Shown here: positions 8,675 to 17,319 of the stretch, in pieces
Layout of the letters: each line of letters starts with the position of its first letter
Position numbering within the stretch: position 1 is the first letter of the stretch
From: Bradymonadia bacterium
GTDB taxonomy: Bacteria; Myxococcota_A; Bradymonadia; UBA7976; UBA1532
Length of the DNA: 64,000 bases
Direction: 5' to 3'
Assembly: GCA_046290225.1 (NCBI GenBank)
Contig: JBKAGE010000034.1
Span: 96,001-160,000, forward strand
Program-made: the position numbers and the translations under genes
The notes under the pieces: generated by a model
Databases searched by the model: none
What the model saw: only the letters and a program-made list of their open reading frames with translations
Told to the model about the DNA's origin: nothing

Positions 8675-11152
8675 ATGCGCCCCGTGATGACACACGTACA
8701 ACTCCCTGAAAAAACCGCCCATGACTTGCAATGGCCTCGGGTGCTCGGGCACCTGAGCGAGCGCTGCCGAGGCCCAGTGGCCCAGCAGATGGCCCTCGCC
8801 CTCACCCCCACCGGTGACGTGGCCGAGGTCGATCGACGACAGCGCCTCACCACCGAAGCCCGAGCGCTCATCGATCGAGGCATGCTGCCACCCTTATCGC
8901 ACCTCGCCGACGTGCGGCGCCCTGTGGGGATCGCTGCACGAGGCGGGGTGCTCGACCCGGAAGACCTCTACGCCGTCGGCGGGCTGCTGGAGACCGCCTG
9001 GCGTTGCCGAGGCTTCTTCAGCCGTCAGGAAGGCGAAGCCCCCGCTCTGGAGGCCATCGCGTACCAGCTGGCCGATTTGCCCGACCTCGCCCGTCAGTTG
9101 CTCGAGAGCTTCGACGAGCGTGGCGACGTCGTCGACTCCGCGAGCCCCGAGCTCGCGGGCCTGCGCACCCGCGTCACCCGTCTGCATGAGCATCTCAAAG
9201 AGGAGGTACACGGCCTGCTCGGCAACGACGAGTACACGGGGCTGCTGCAGGACGACTACTACACCATCCGAGACGATCGATATGTGCTGCCCATCCGGGC
9301 CGGCCACAAACGACACGTACCGGGCATCATCCACGGCTGGTCCTCCTCGGGGCAGACGGTCTACATCGAGCCTCAGCCTGTCGTCGAGGCTAACAACCGG
9401 CTGCTCCTGGCTCAGGCGGAGGTGGATCGCGAGATCAGGCGGCTGCTCACCGAGCTCTCCGAGAAGGTGGGTGAGCACGCGGCAGCCATCGCCGAGACGG
9501 TGGACCACCTCGCGGTGCTCGATCTCTTCATGGCCCAGGGCGAGCTGTCTCAGGTGCTCAGCGGGGCTCAACCGCAGTTCACTGACGCCCCTCGCCTCGT
9601 GCTCCCCGAAGCCCGTCACCCACTCCTCGTGCTCTCGGGCATCGAGGTGGTGCCCAACCGCATCGAGCTCGATGACGGCCGGATGGGTCTGGTGATCACG
9701 GGGCCGAACACCGGCGGCAAGACCGTGACCTTGAAGACCGCGGGGCTGTGCATCCTCATGGCCCTCTCCGGTCTACACATCCCTGCCACCGACAAGGCCG
9801 TAGTGCCTCGGGTGCCCGGGGTGTACTCCGACATCGGCGACGAGCAGAGCATCGATCGGGCGCTGTCCACATTCAGCGGCCACATCACCAACATCGTGGA
9901 GATCCTCAGCCAGATCGCCCCTGGCAGCCTCGTGCTGCTCGACGAGCTGGTCGTGGGCACCGACCCCATTCAGGGCGCGGCGCTGGCCCAGTCGATCCTC
10001 GAGCACCTCGCGAGCCGCAAGATGCTCACGCTGGTGACCACGCACTACGAGTCGCTCAAGGCCCTGCCCTTCAGCGACGAGCGCTTCCGAAACGGCGCCG
10101 TGGGCTTCGACCCTGATCGCCAGGTGCCCACCTACACGCTCCGGATGGACGTGCCGGGGGCCTCTTCGGCCTTCCGCACCGCCCGTCGGCTCGGGGTGAA
10201 CAGCGGCATTGTCGATCGCGCTGCAGAGCTCGCCGGCGGGGCCCAGAACAGCCTCGACGCCCTCATCCAGCGCCTCGACGCCGAAACCGCTGCGGCGGAG
10301 ACGGCCCGTAGGGAGCTGGAGAAGGAGCGCAACCGACTCGCCTCGGCAAAGGCCCGGGTGGAGCAGACGGAGCGGGCCCTCAAGGCGCGCCTCAAGGAGG
10401 CGGTGAGCAAAGAAGAAGACGCCGCGTTGCGAGAGGCCCGCACCCTCCGCGAGGAGATCGTGGCCCTCAAGAAGCGGCTCAAGGGCGCCCGCAAGGACGC
10501 CTCTGCCCTCGAGGCAGGCCGCAAGCAGCTCGCCGAGGTCTCCGACAAGATCCACGCGGCCAAGGCTGCTCGGGCCCGCGCCGAAGCGGGGGATCCAATC
10601 ACTCAGGATCGCATCAAGCCCGGCAGCAGGGTCTTCGTGATCTCCCTCGGGGCCGAGGCCGAGGTGCTCTCCACGCCTGACGATCAAGGCAAGGTCGAAG
10701 TACGGGCCGGGGCCCTCACGGCCCGGTTCCCCATCGACGATCTGCGGCCCCCGGGGCTCAAGGGTCGCGCGGAAGCCAAGGGCCGCACGGGTGGCAGCAA
10801 GCCCGCTCAGAAGGCCCGCAGGGGTGACAACCGCCAGAGCAAAGCCCCCTCCCCCACGGGGGCGGGCCGTCACGACGACATCACGTGGGACTCGGCGCCC
10901 CCTCAGGTACCCGACAACACCGTGGACATCCGTGGCATGCGGGTGGAAGAAGGCGTCGAGCGGGCGGAGCGGTTCCTCGACACCCTCGTGGAGCGGGGCG
11001 TGCCCATCGCCTTCATCATCCACGGCCACGGCACCGGGGCCCTCAAGCGAGAGATCCGCAACTACCTGCGGCACTCTCGTTACGCTCGCTCGCAACGACC
11101 GGGACAACGACACGAAGGGGGTGACGGCGTCACCGCCGTGCTCCTCGCCTGA
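8675..11152 (+). CDS. mutS2: Endonuclease MutS2 (start uncertain, 8675 or 8687)
   Basis: SSSGQTVYIEP, Walker A ITGPNTGGKT, DIGDEQSI..LSTFSGH, LLDELVVGTDP, a coiled coil, and a C-terminal Smr domain (IIHGHGTGALK, GGDGVT). Confidence 0.95.
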   Translation: MRPVMTHVQLPEKTAHDLQWPRVLGHLSERCRGPVAQQMALALTPTGDVAEVDRRQRLTTEARALIDRGMLPPLSHLADVRRPVGIAARGGVLDPEDLYAVGGLLETAWRCRGFFSRQEGEAPALEAIAYQLADLPDLARQLLESFDERGDVVDSASPELAGLRTRVTRLHEHLKEEVHGLLGNDEYTGLLQDDYYTIRDDRYVLPIRAGHKRHVPGIIHGWSSSGQTVYIEPQPVVEANNRLLLAQAEVDREIRRLLTELSEKVGEHAAAIAETVDHLAVLDLFMAQGELSQVLSGAQPQFTDAPRLVLPEARHPLLVLSGIEVVPNRIELDDGRMGLVITGPNTGGKTVTLKTAGLCILMALSGLHIPATDKAVVPRVPGVYSDIGDEQSIDRALSTFSGHITNIVEILSQIAPGSLVLLDELVVGTDPIQGAALAQSILEHLASRKMLTLVTTHYESLKALPFSDERFRNGAVGFDPDRQVPTYTLRMDVPGASSAFRTARRLGVNSGIVDRAAELAGGAQNSLDALIQRLDAETAAAETARRELEKERNRLASAKARVEQTERALKARLKEAVSKEEDAALREARTLREEIVALKKRLKGARKDASALEAGRKQLAEVSDKIHAAKAARARAEAGDPITQDRIKPGSRVFVISLGAEAEVLSTPDDQGKVEVRAGALTARFPIDDLRPPGLKGRAEAKGRTGGSKPAQKARRGDNRQSKAPSPTGAGRHDDITWDSAPPQVPDNTVDIRGMRVEEGVERAERFLDTLVERGVPIAFIIHGHGTGALKREIRNYLRHSRYARSQRPGQRHEGGDGVTAVLLA

Positions 11153-13797
11153 TGACAGAACGCCAACCCAGGAAGATCTCCATGGCCAGAGTTCGCCCCG
11201 GGGCCTCCGGGCTCACCCTCAGCGTCCTCGCGACGTTGGCTCTGCTCCCCTCGGCTCACGGCCAGGGCACCACCATCGCGCCGACCCGGCCGGGGCAGGG
11301 TCTGCTCCTGCCCACCTCAGACATCGCCGCCAACGATCGGGCGGAGTCGATGGAGGACAACCCTGCCGGGGTGGGCTTCGGGCAAGGCTTCGATCTCACG
11401 CTGACCTATGTGGACAGCACGCAGGATCGAGCCGGTGAGGGCTTCGGCCTCTTCACCGCCTTCCCCCTCGTGGGCCCCTACCACACCGGCCTCGGTCTGC
11501 AGCTGCTCGAATCCAGCGGCCCTCAACAGAACAATGATCCGGTGAAGGTCACCTGGGCCCACGCCCTGCGCCTCGGCTCGAACCTGAGCCTCGGTGTCGC
11601 GTGGCACACCTTCGTCGCCGACGACGATCGCGCCCTCGACGACTACTCCACCTGGGATCTGGGCCTTCAGCTGCGGCTGTCCCGCTGGTTGGCCATGGGG
11701 CTCTCGATCACCGATCTCAGCACCCCCCGCCTCGGCCTCGATCCCGTAGAACGCGCCTGGCAACCCGCCCTCGCCATCCGCCCGGGGACCGAGCGCATGA
11801 CCCTCACCGCCACGGCGCGGTTCCCCGAGGATGGCGATGGTCCTCGAAGCGCCGGTGGCCGCCTGAACTGGAACTTCTGGGGTCCGCTGGCCTTCACTGG
11901 CCGCTACGACTACACCGAGGGCGTGGGCGAGGCTGACGCCACGCATCAGGTGATGGCCGGCTTGAGCACCCAGTTCAGCGGCTTCGACAGCGCTGGTCTC
12001 TACGCCTACAGCCCCGATGCTGCTGGCGACGATCCGAGCTGGGGTGCCGCCTTCGTGAGTCGGATCTCGTCGTCACGGGATCCCTACCGGATGCGGCGGC
12101 GATCCAACCTCGTGGTGGAGCTCGATCTGCGCGGCGCCTTGGAGGAGTACGGGACTGGGGGCTTCTTCTCTTCTCGCCCGCGTACCCCCTTCCTCAACAC
12201 GCTCCGCGTCATCCGGGCCTTGAGCGAGGCCCCTGAGGTGGCCGGTCTGCTGGTGGCTGTACCCAATGGCGGTTATGGCTGGGCCCGCGCGGCAGAGCTC
12301 CGCCAGGCCCTCGGCGCCTTCAAGGCCACAGGGAAGAAGGTCTACGCCTACGTGCCTGTGCCCGACACCCGGGCGTACATGGTGGCCACCGTCGCCGACA
12401 AGATCTACACGGCCCCCTCTGGGGGTCTCCTCACCACGGGCCTCCGAGGTCAGATGACGTTCTACACCTCGGCCATGAACCGGCTGGGCATTCGCGTCGA
12501 CGCAGTGGCCATCGGTCAGTACAAGAGCGCCCCGGAAGCCTTCACCCGCACCGAGCCCTCGGAGCCGGCACGGGAGAACGAAGACGCCCTCCTCGATGAT
12601 CTCTATGCCCACGTGGTGAACCACATCGCCGATGGCCGAGGGATGACCGCCGAGGTGGTGAAGGGCCACATCAACGAGGCCCCCTACACCGCGGAGGAGG
12701 CCAAGGCCCGCAAGCTGGTCGACGGCGTGATTCACTACGACCAGTTCGAAGATGTGGTGCGCAAGGATCTCGGCCCCTGGGTCCGCTTCGCAGGCCCTGA
12801 GGCCATCCTCGGCGACCGCCTCGTGCGGTGGGGCAACAAGCCCCAGGTGGGCGTGCTCTACGCCACGGGCACCATCACCGACGGCGAGTCCGTGGCAAAC
12901 CCCCTCACGGGATCCATGAGCGTGGGCGCCGACACCTTCGTGAAGTCCGCCCGCCGCATGCGGGACGATCCCAGCATCCGGGCGGTGGTGCTGCGCGTAG
13001 ACAGCCCTGGCGGCTCGGTCACAGCCTCCGACGTCATGTGGCGCGAGCTGGCGCTCCTCGCTGAGGAGAAGCCCCTCATCGTGAGCATGGGTGACGTCGC
13101 TGCCTCGGGCGGTTACTACATCGCCGCTCCGGGTCGTGAGATCTTCGCCATGCCGGAGACGATCACGGGCAGCATCGGCATCTTCACCCTCAAGTTCGAT
13201 CTGTCAGGCCTGTACTGGCTGTTCGGGGTGAAGAAGACCGATTTCAAGCGCGGCGATCGCTCCGACTTCATGAGCGACGCCCGTGGTTGGACCGACGAGG
13301 AGCGCGCCGTGGCCAAGAAGGGCATGGAGGCGCTGTACGAGGTGTTCCTCAGCCGCGTCGCCGCCGGCCGTAAGGGCCTGGATCGGGATCGCGTCGACGC
13401 CCTGGCCCAGGGCCGGGTGTGGACTGGCGCTCAAGCCAAGGCTTGCGGCCTGGTGGATCGACCCATGGGGCTGCTCGCCGCCGTGGATCAGGCCGCCGCC
13501 CTCGCTGGCCTCGGCACGGATGACTACTCGGTCTTCGCGGGTCCGCCGAGCGAAGGCTTTGGTGGATTGCCCAGCAGCCCCTTCGGCGCCCTGCTTCAGC
13601 CGGAGACCGAAGGGGTGGTCGACCCCTACATCGCCGCCATAGCCGTCGCCCTCGCCACGCCTGCGGCGGCCCCCCTCCCCCCTGCGGTGGAGGCGCTCGC
13701 CCCCCACCTCGCAGGCCTCGCGGCTCTCCCCGTGGTGCGCTTCACCAGCGGCGAGCCTCTGGCCCTGCTGCCCTTCCAGTTGAACTGGGCACGTTGA
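11152..13797 (+). CDS. sppA: Signal peptide peptidase SppA (two S49 domains) with long N-terminal beta-rich extension
   Basis: GQYKSAPE, LRVDSPGGS, SMGDVAASGGYYIA, TITGSIG and GRVWTG motifs. The start overlaps the mutS2 stop. Confidence 0.9.
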   Translation: MTERQPRKISMARVRPGASGLTLSVLATLALLPSAHGQGTTIAPTRPGQGLLLPTSDIAANDRAESMEDNPAGVGFGQGFDLTLTYVDSTQDRAGEGFGLFTAFPLVGPYHTGLGLQLLESSGPQQNNDPVKVTWAHALRLGSNLSLGVAWHTFVADDDRALDDYSTWDLGLQLRLSRWLAMGLSITDLSTPRLGLDPVERAWQPALAIRPGTERMTLTATARFPEDGDGPRSAGGRLNWNFWGPLAFTGRYDYTEGVGEADATHQVMAGLSTQFSGFDSAGLYAYSPDAAGDDPSWGAAFVSRISSSRDPYRMRRRSNLVVELDLRGALEEYGTGGFFSSRPRTPFLNTLRVIRALSEAPEVAGLLVAVPNGGYGWARAAELRQALGAFKATGKKVYAYVPVPDTRAYMVATVADKIYTAPSGGLLTTGLRGQMTFYTSAMNRLGIRVDAVAIGQYKSAPEAFTRTEPSEPARENEDALLDDLYAHVVNHIADGRGMTAEVVKGHINEAPYTAEEAKARKLVDGVIHYDQFEDVVRKDLGPWVRFAGPEAILGDRLVRWGNKPQVGVLYATGTITDGESVANPLTGSMSVGADTFVKSARRMRDDPSIRAVVLRVDSPGGSVTASDVMWRELALLAEEKPLIVSMGDVAASGGYYIAAPGREIFAMPETITGSIGIFTLKFDLSGLYWLFGVKKTDFKRGDRSDFMSDARGWTDEERAVAKKGMEALYEVFLSRVAAGRKGLDRDRVDALAQGRVWTGAQAKACGLVDRPMGLLAAVDQAAALAGLGTDDYSVFAGPPSEGFGGLPSSPFGALLQPETEGVVDPYIAAIAVALATPAAAPLPPAVEALAPHLAGLAALPVVRFTSGEPLALLPFQLNWAR

Positions 13798-13816
13798 GCG
13801 CCCGGATAGGCGCTCA
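13795..13816 (+). terminator. Hairpin at the sppA stop codon, possible terminator
   Basis: TGAGCGCC-cggata-GGCGCTCA is a perfect 8-bp stem. There is no U-tract. Confidence 0.45.
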
Positions 13817-13856
13817 GACAAACATGCACTGTTGGTATCGAGATTGGATTTGGGCA

Positions 13857-14378
13857 GTGACGGTTGTTGTGGCTGGGCCTTTGTAGGCAGTCATCGCTGC
13901 GCTCTGCCTGCGTAGGCGCCGGGCCTTCGGTCGCCCTTCGGGCAACCTCGTCAGGCGCGTACACGTCGGCACGCTCGCTGTCGCGAGCAGGCCTCCGGGT
14001 AGGCAGGGTCGCTCAATGCTGACGCATTATTCGCTCGCTCCCCTGCGTAAAGAGTTTCTTCTGTATCTCGTTGCTGAACCCCGCCGGGATTCGACCTACC
14101 GCGAACCTGCAAGCCTCAGAGTGTGAACGTTGGGCGTAAGCCCCAACAACATTGGAAGCACCCTGAAGCCACACCAGAACTGACTTTTTACGCAGGGGAG
14201 CGAGCAAACAAGGCGAAGCCTTGAGCGACCCTGCTTACCCGGAAGGGTGTCCGCGCAAGCGGATGCCCGAACGTGTACGCAACTCCAAGGCGGGCCGAAG
14301 GCCGGCCGCCGGCAGTTGCCTACGCAGGCAGAGCGCAGCGATGACTGCCTACAAAGGCCCAGCCATAACCGCCGTCAC
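13857..14378. repeat. ~520-nt nested inverted-repeat element (structured ncRNA or REPIN/MITE-like)
   Basis: Arms pair as 13857-13917/14318-14378 (includes a perfect 48 bp), 13957-13966/14271-14280, 13994-14016/14221-14243 and 14033-14056/14182-14205, with lateral hairpins between them. Confidence 0.9.
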
Positions 14379-14403
14379 AACCTCATAAGAATCTGATGAA
14401 GCC

Positions 14404-17205
14404 TCAGAACGAGACCCGAGTATGTTTGCCCGGAGCGATCTCAACGAGGCGCACGGCGCTGCGGTTGCTCTTGTCACCGCCGTAACACACGTGCACCCGG
14501 TAGCGACCCTCAGAGAGCTTGAACTTCACCATGGGCGTCTCTCGGGCCACCTGGCGGCCATCGACGAAGACCGTGCCCCAGGGCTGTGACTGAACACTGA
14601 GGAAGCCCTCTCCGCCGCCACGGGGCGGTGGCGGTGGTACATCCTGCACAGGAGGGCGCCTGAAGTCGCCTCGCCGATCATCTCTGCGATCGTCCCTGCG
14701 GTTGTTGCTCACCGCTCGGCGGGAGACCGTGCGACGGGGCGGCTTTCGACGTTGGGTCGACGCCCGCCGACGTGTGGGCGTCTTATTCACGAGAGTGGGC
14801 GGATCTGCAGAGAGCGGCTCGAGCACGGCCACGACCTGGGCTTCACGTGTGCCCCCCCACTCCACAGAGCGCTCATAGGGCTTGAAGCCTGGCTTGCTCA
14901 CCCTGACGCGGGTCACCCCTTTCATGGACACCCCCGACTGCGTGATGGGGGTGGTGCCCAGGGCCTGCTCGTTCACGTAGACCTGGGCGCCGATGGGCTC
15001 TGAGCGCACCACCAGCGTACCCTGACGCTCCACGAGGCGCGCCTCCAGCAAACGCTCTTCACCAGGCTTCAGGGTCAGGGTCTGCTCGAAGGCCTCATAG
15101 CCATCACCGAGGGAGACCTGCACACGGATCGGTTTGCCAGGAGGCACAGCGACGTTCGTCGGCGTGCCACCGAGCATCACCATATCGTCCACCTTCACCT
15201 GGGCGCCACGAGCCGGGAAGGAGTCGATCTTGAGGACCGCCTTCTCTGCGGAGTTCACTGCGCCCACCTGCGTCGGATCAGAGGGCCCGTCGCCACCGCC
15301 GGCATTTTGTTCGGCGTTCTGGCCGATGGTGGCCGTGGTGGGCTCGGGATCGTCATCGCTGATGATCCAACGCGTGAGCAGCGCGGTGCTGATGGCCGCC
15401 AGGGCTGCCAGAGCGATGAAGCTCACCCGCTCCCGAGTGAAAAAGCCGCCACCACGACGGTGGGTCGTGGCCCGGGCGGCGGGGGCGCTCGGCTGAGGCT
15501 CTGGTGACCGCTGACTGGGCGTCACGGGCTCCAGACGCAGGTCAGTCGGTCGCCGCATACGACCCGATCGTCGTGGCGGGGGCGCTTGCGGCGCAGCCTG
15601 CTTCTGCTCCTCTTCCATGGCCACGATGACCGTGGGCCGGCGGTTGAAGTTCTGCCCGCTCTGCCCTTCGGCGGCAGGGGCCGGTGATCGTTGTGGCTCA
15701 CCGAAGTTGGGCCGCCTCACTTGCCCCGAACGACCCGGGACCGGCGTCGAGCGCCTGCGAGATGACGGCTGTGGCTCCGGTGTGGGCGTTGCCGAGAACT
15801 CCACGGGCATCTGCGTCGACAACGAGGCTGGCGGCCCCAATGGTTTGCGCTGTCCGTGCTGCCCTCGGGGAGAAGGCGCCGGAGGCGCTGAGACGTCAGG
15901 CAGCGCCTCTGTGGGCTTGAGCGGGCGATCGAAAGCTCGAGTCTCTTCTTCCTCGAAGAAGTCTTCCACGAGGCCGCCACGGGCCTTGAAGCCCGAGACA
16001 TCGATCGAGTCGAAGGGCTCGGGGCGTCTGGCGCCGTCGTGGTTGATCGTCTCTTCCTCGTCTTCGACCAGCTCCAGTTCGCCGGAGTCGAGCTCGAAGA
16101 GCTCGCTCTCCACGCCAGGATCCTGAAAGCCCGACGACATGCGATGCTTGTTGCTCTGCATCTCGGTGGCGTCGTCCTCAAAAGAGAGCGGTGCCCCGGC
16201 CATGGAGATGACTGAACCGCCGTCCTGCACCCAGTCGTCGCGGTGCATGGCCACCGACTCGTCGAGGGGCATCTCGGTGTTCGTATCGGTCTCTTCGAAC
16301 AGCTCGGTCATCAACCGCCGCAGCTGCACCTTGCCGAAGACCGCCGCCGATGTGCGCAGGAAGTTGGCCAGATCTTTCTGGAAGTGCCGTGCCGTGGGGT
16401 AGCGCGCCTCGCGGTCCTTCGACAGAGCCCGCATCACGATCTGCTCGAGCATGGGCGGCACGTCGGGCCTCAAGCGGCTCGGCGGCTCGATGTCGGCGCG
16501 ACGCACCCGGCTGAGCAAGGTGACGTCGTCGTCATCTTTGTAGAGCAGGTCACCCGTGAGCATCTCGTACATGACGATGCCCAGGCTGAAGATGTCGGTC
16601 CGGTGGTCCAGGGCCTCGCCCTTCGCCTGCTCCGGCGACATGTAATAGAACTTGCCCTTGATGATGCCCGCTTCGGTCTCGTAGGCCCGCGAGGCGGCCT
16701 TGGCGATGCCAAAGTCGACGAGCTTCACCTCCCCCTCGAGAGACAACAGCACGTTCTGGGGGCTCACATCACGGTGGATGATGTTGAGCCTGCGCCCCTT
16801 GCTGTCACGCTTGCGGTGGGCGTAGTCGAGGCCCGCACAGCACTCCATGCCCACATAGGCCGCAGCCTCTACGGGTAAGGGGCTGCGACGTTCCCGCACC
16901 TTCTTCATCACCCGGTACAGGTCGCGACCTTCGATGTACTCCATGGCGATGTAGTAGTGGTCCTCGTGACGCCCCAGGTCGAAGATCTGCCCGATGTTGC
17001 TGTGTGACAGCTCCACGGTGATCTTCGCCTCGTCGATGAGCATCTCGATGAAGTCGGCATCCTGGCTGTAGCGGGGGTGTAGCCGCTTGATGGCGAGTAT
17101 CTTCTCGAAACCGCCCAGGCCCTGGGCCTTGGCTCTGAAGATCTCGGCCATGCCTCCGATGGCGATGCGGTCGAGAAGGATGTATCGGCCGAACTGCTCC
17201 TGCAT
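14404..17205 (-). CDS. Membrane Ser/Thr protein kinase with C-terminal PEGA domains
   Basis: IAIGGMAEIF, AIKRL, IIHRDVSPQN, DFGIAK, YYMSPEQ and DIFSLG motifs; Pro-rich linker, TM helix and PEGA repeats (VRSEPIGAQVYVN, VQSQPWGTVFVDG). Confidence 0.93.
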   Translation of the reverse strand: MQEQFGRYILLDRIAIGGMAEIFRAKAQGLGGFEKILAIKRLHPRYSQDADFIEMLIDEAKITVELSHSNIGQIFDLGRHEDHYYIAMEYIEGRDLYRVMKKVRERRSPLPVEAAAYVGMECCAGLDYAHRKRDSKGRRLNIIHRDVSPQNVLLSLEGEVKLVDFGIAKAASRAYETEAGIIKGKFYYMSPEQAKGEALDHRTDIFSLGIVMYEMLTGDLLYKDDDDVTLLSRVRRADIEPPSRLRPDVPPMLEQIVMRALSKDREARYPTARHFQKDLANFLRTSAAVFGKVQLRRLMTELFEETDTNTEMPLDESVAMHRDDWVQDGGSVISMAGAPLSFEDDATEMQSNKHRMSSGFQDPGVESELFELDSGELELVEDEEETINHDGARRPEPFDSIDVSGFKARGGLVEDFFEEEETRAFDRPLKPTEALPDVSAPPAPSPRGQHGQRKPLGPPASLSTQMPVEFSATPTPEPQPSSRRRSTPVPGRSGQVRRPNFGEPQRSPAPAAEGQSGQNFNRRPTVIVAMEEEQKQAAPQAPPPRRSGRMRRPTDLRLEPVTPSQRSPEPQPSAPAARATTHRRGGGFFTRERVSFIALAALAAISTALLTRWIISDDDPEPTTATIGQNAEQNAGGGDGPSDPTQVGAVNSAEKAVLKIDSFPARGAQVKVDDMVMLGGTPTNVAVPPGKPIRVQVSLGDGYEAFEQTLTLKPGEERLLEARLVERQGTLVVRSEPIGAQVYVNEQALGTTPITQSGVSMKGVTRVRVSKPGFKPYERSVEWGGTREAQVVAVLEPLSADPPTLVNKTPTRRRASTQRRKPPRRTVSRRAVSNNRRDDRRDDRRGDFRRPPVQDVPPPPPRGGGEGFLSVQSQPWGTVFVDGRQVARETPMVKFKLSEGRYRVHVCYGGDKSNRSAVRLVEIAPGKHTRVSF

Positions 17206-17319
17206 GGGGACGAATCCTAGTGTTCATCTGCTGATCATGCCAGTCGCTTGACTGCTGTTCCTCGCCGCGGCCTGCCAGCGAGGTTGACGCCCCTGGGCTG
17301 CCGACGCACACTGAGCCGC

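Noticed and set aside
14071..14100. tRNA T-arm or tmRNA 5'-like motif GGATTCGAC
   Set aside because: The T-stem does not pair, there is no cloverleaf or CCA end, and the tmRNA GGGG start is missing.
13626..14207. Short minus-strand ORFs 13626-13964 and 14013-14207
   Set aside because: They lack GC3 bias and recognisable motifs, one overlaps sppA antisense, and both are by-products of the palindromic element.
13857..14378. Retron msr-msd, integron attC site or CRISPR array as the explanation for the structured element
   Set aside because: There is no adjacent RT, integrase or cas gene. The ends do not fit RYYYAAC/GTTRRRY, and there are no regularly spaced direct repeats.
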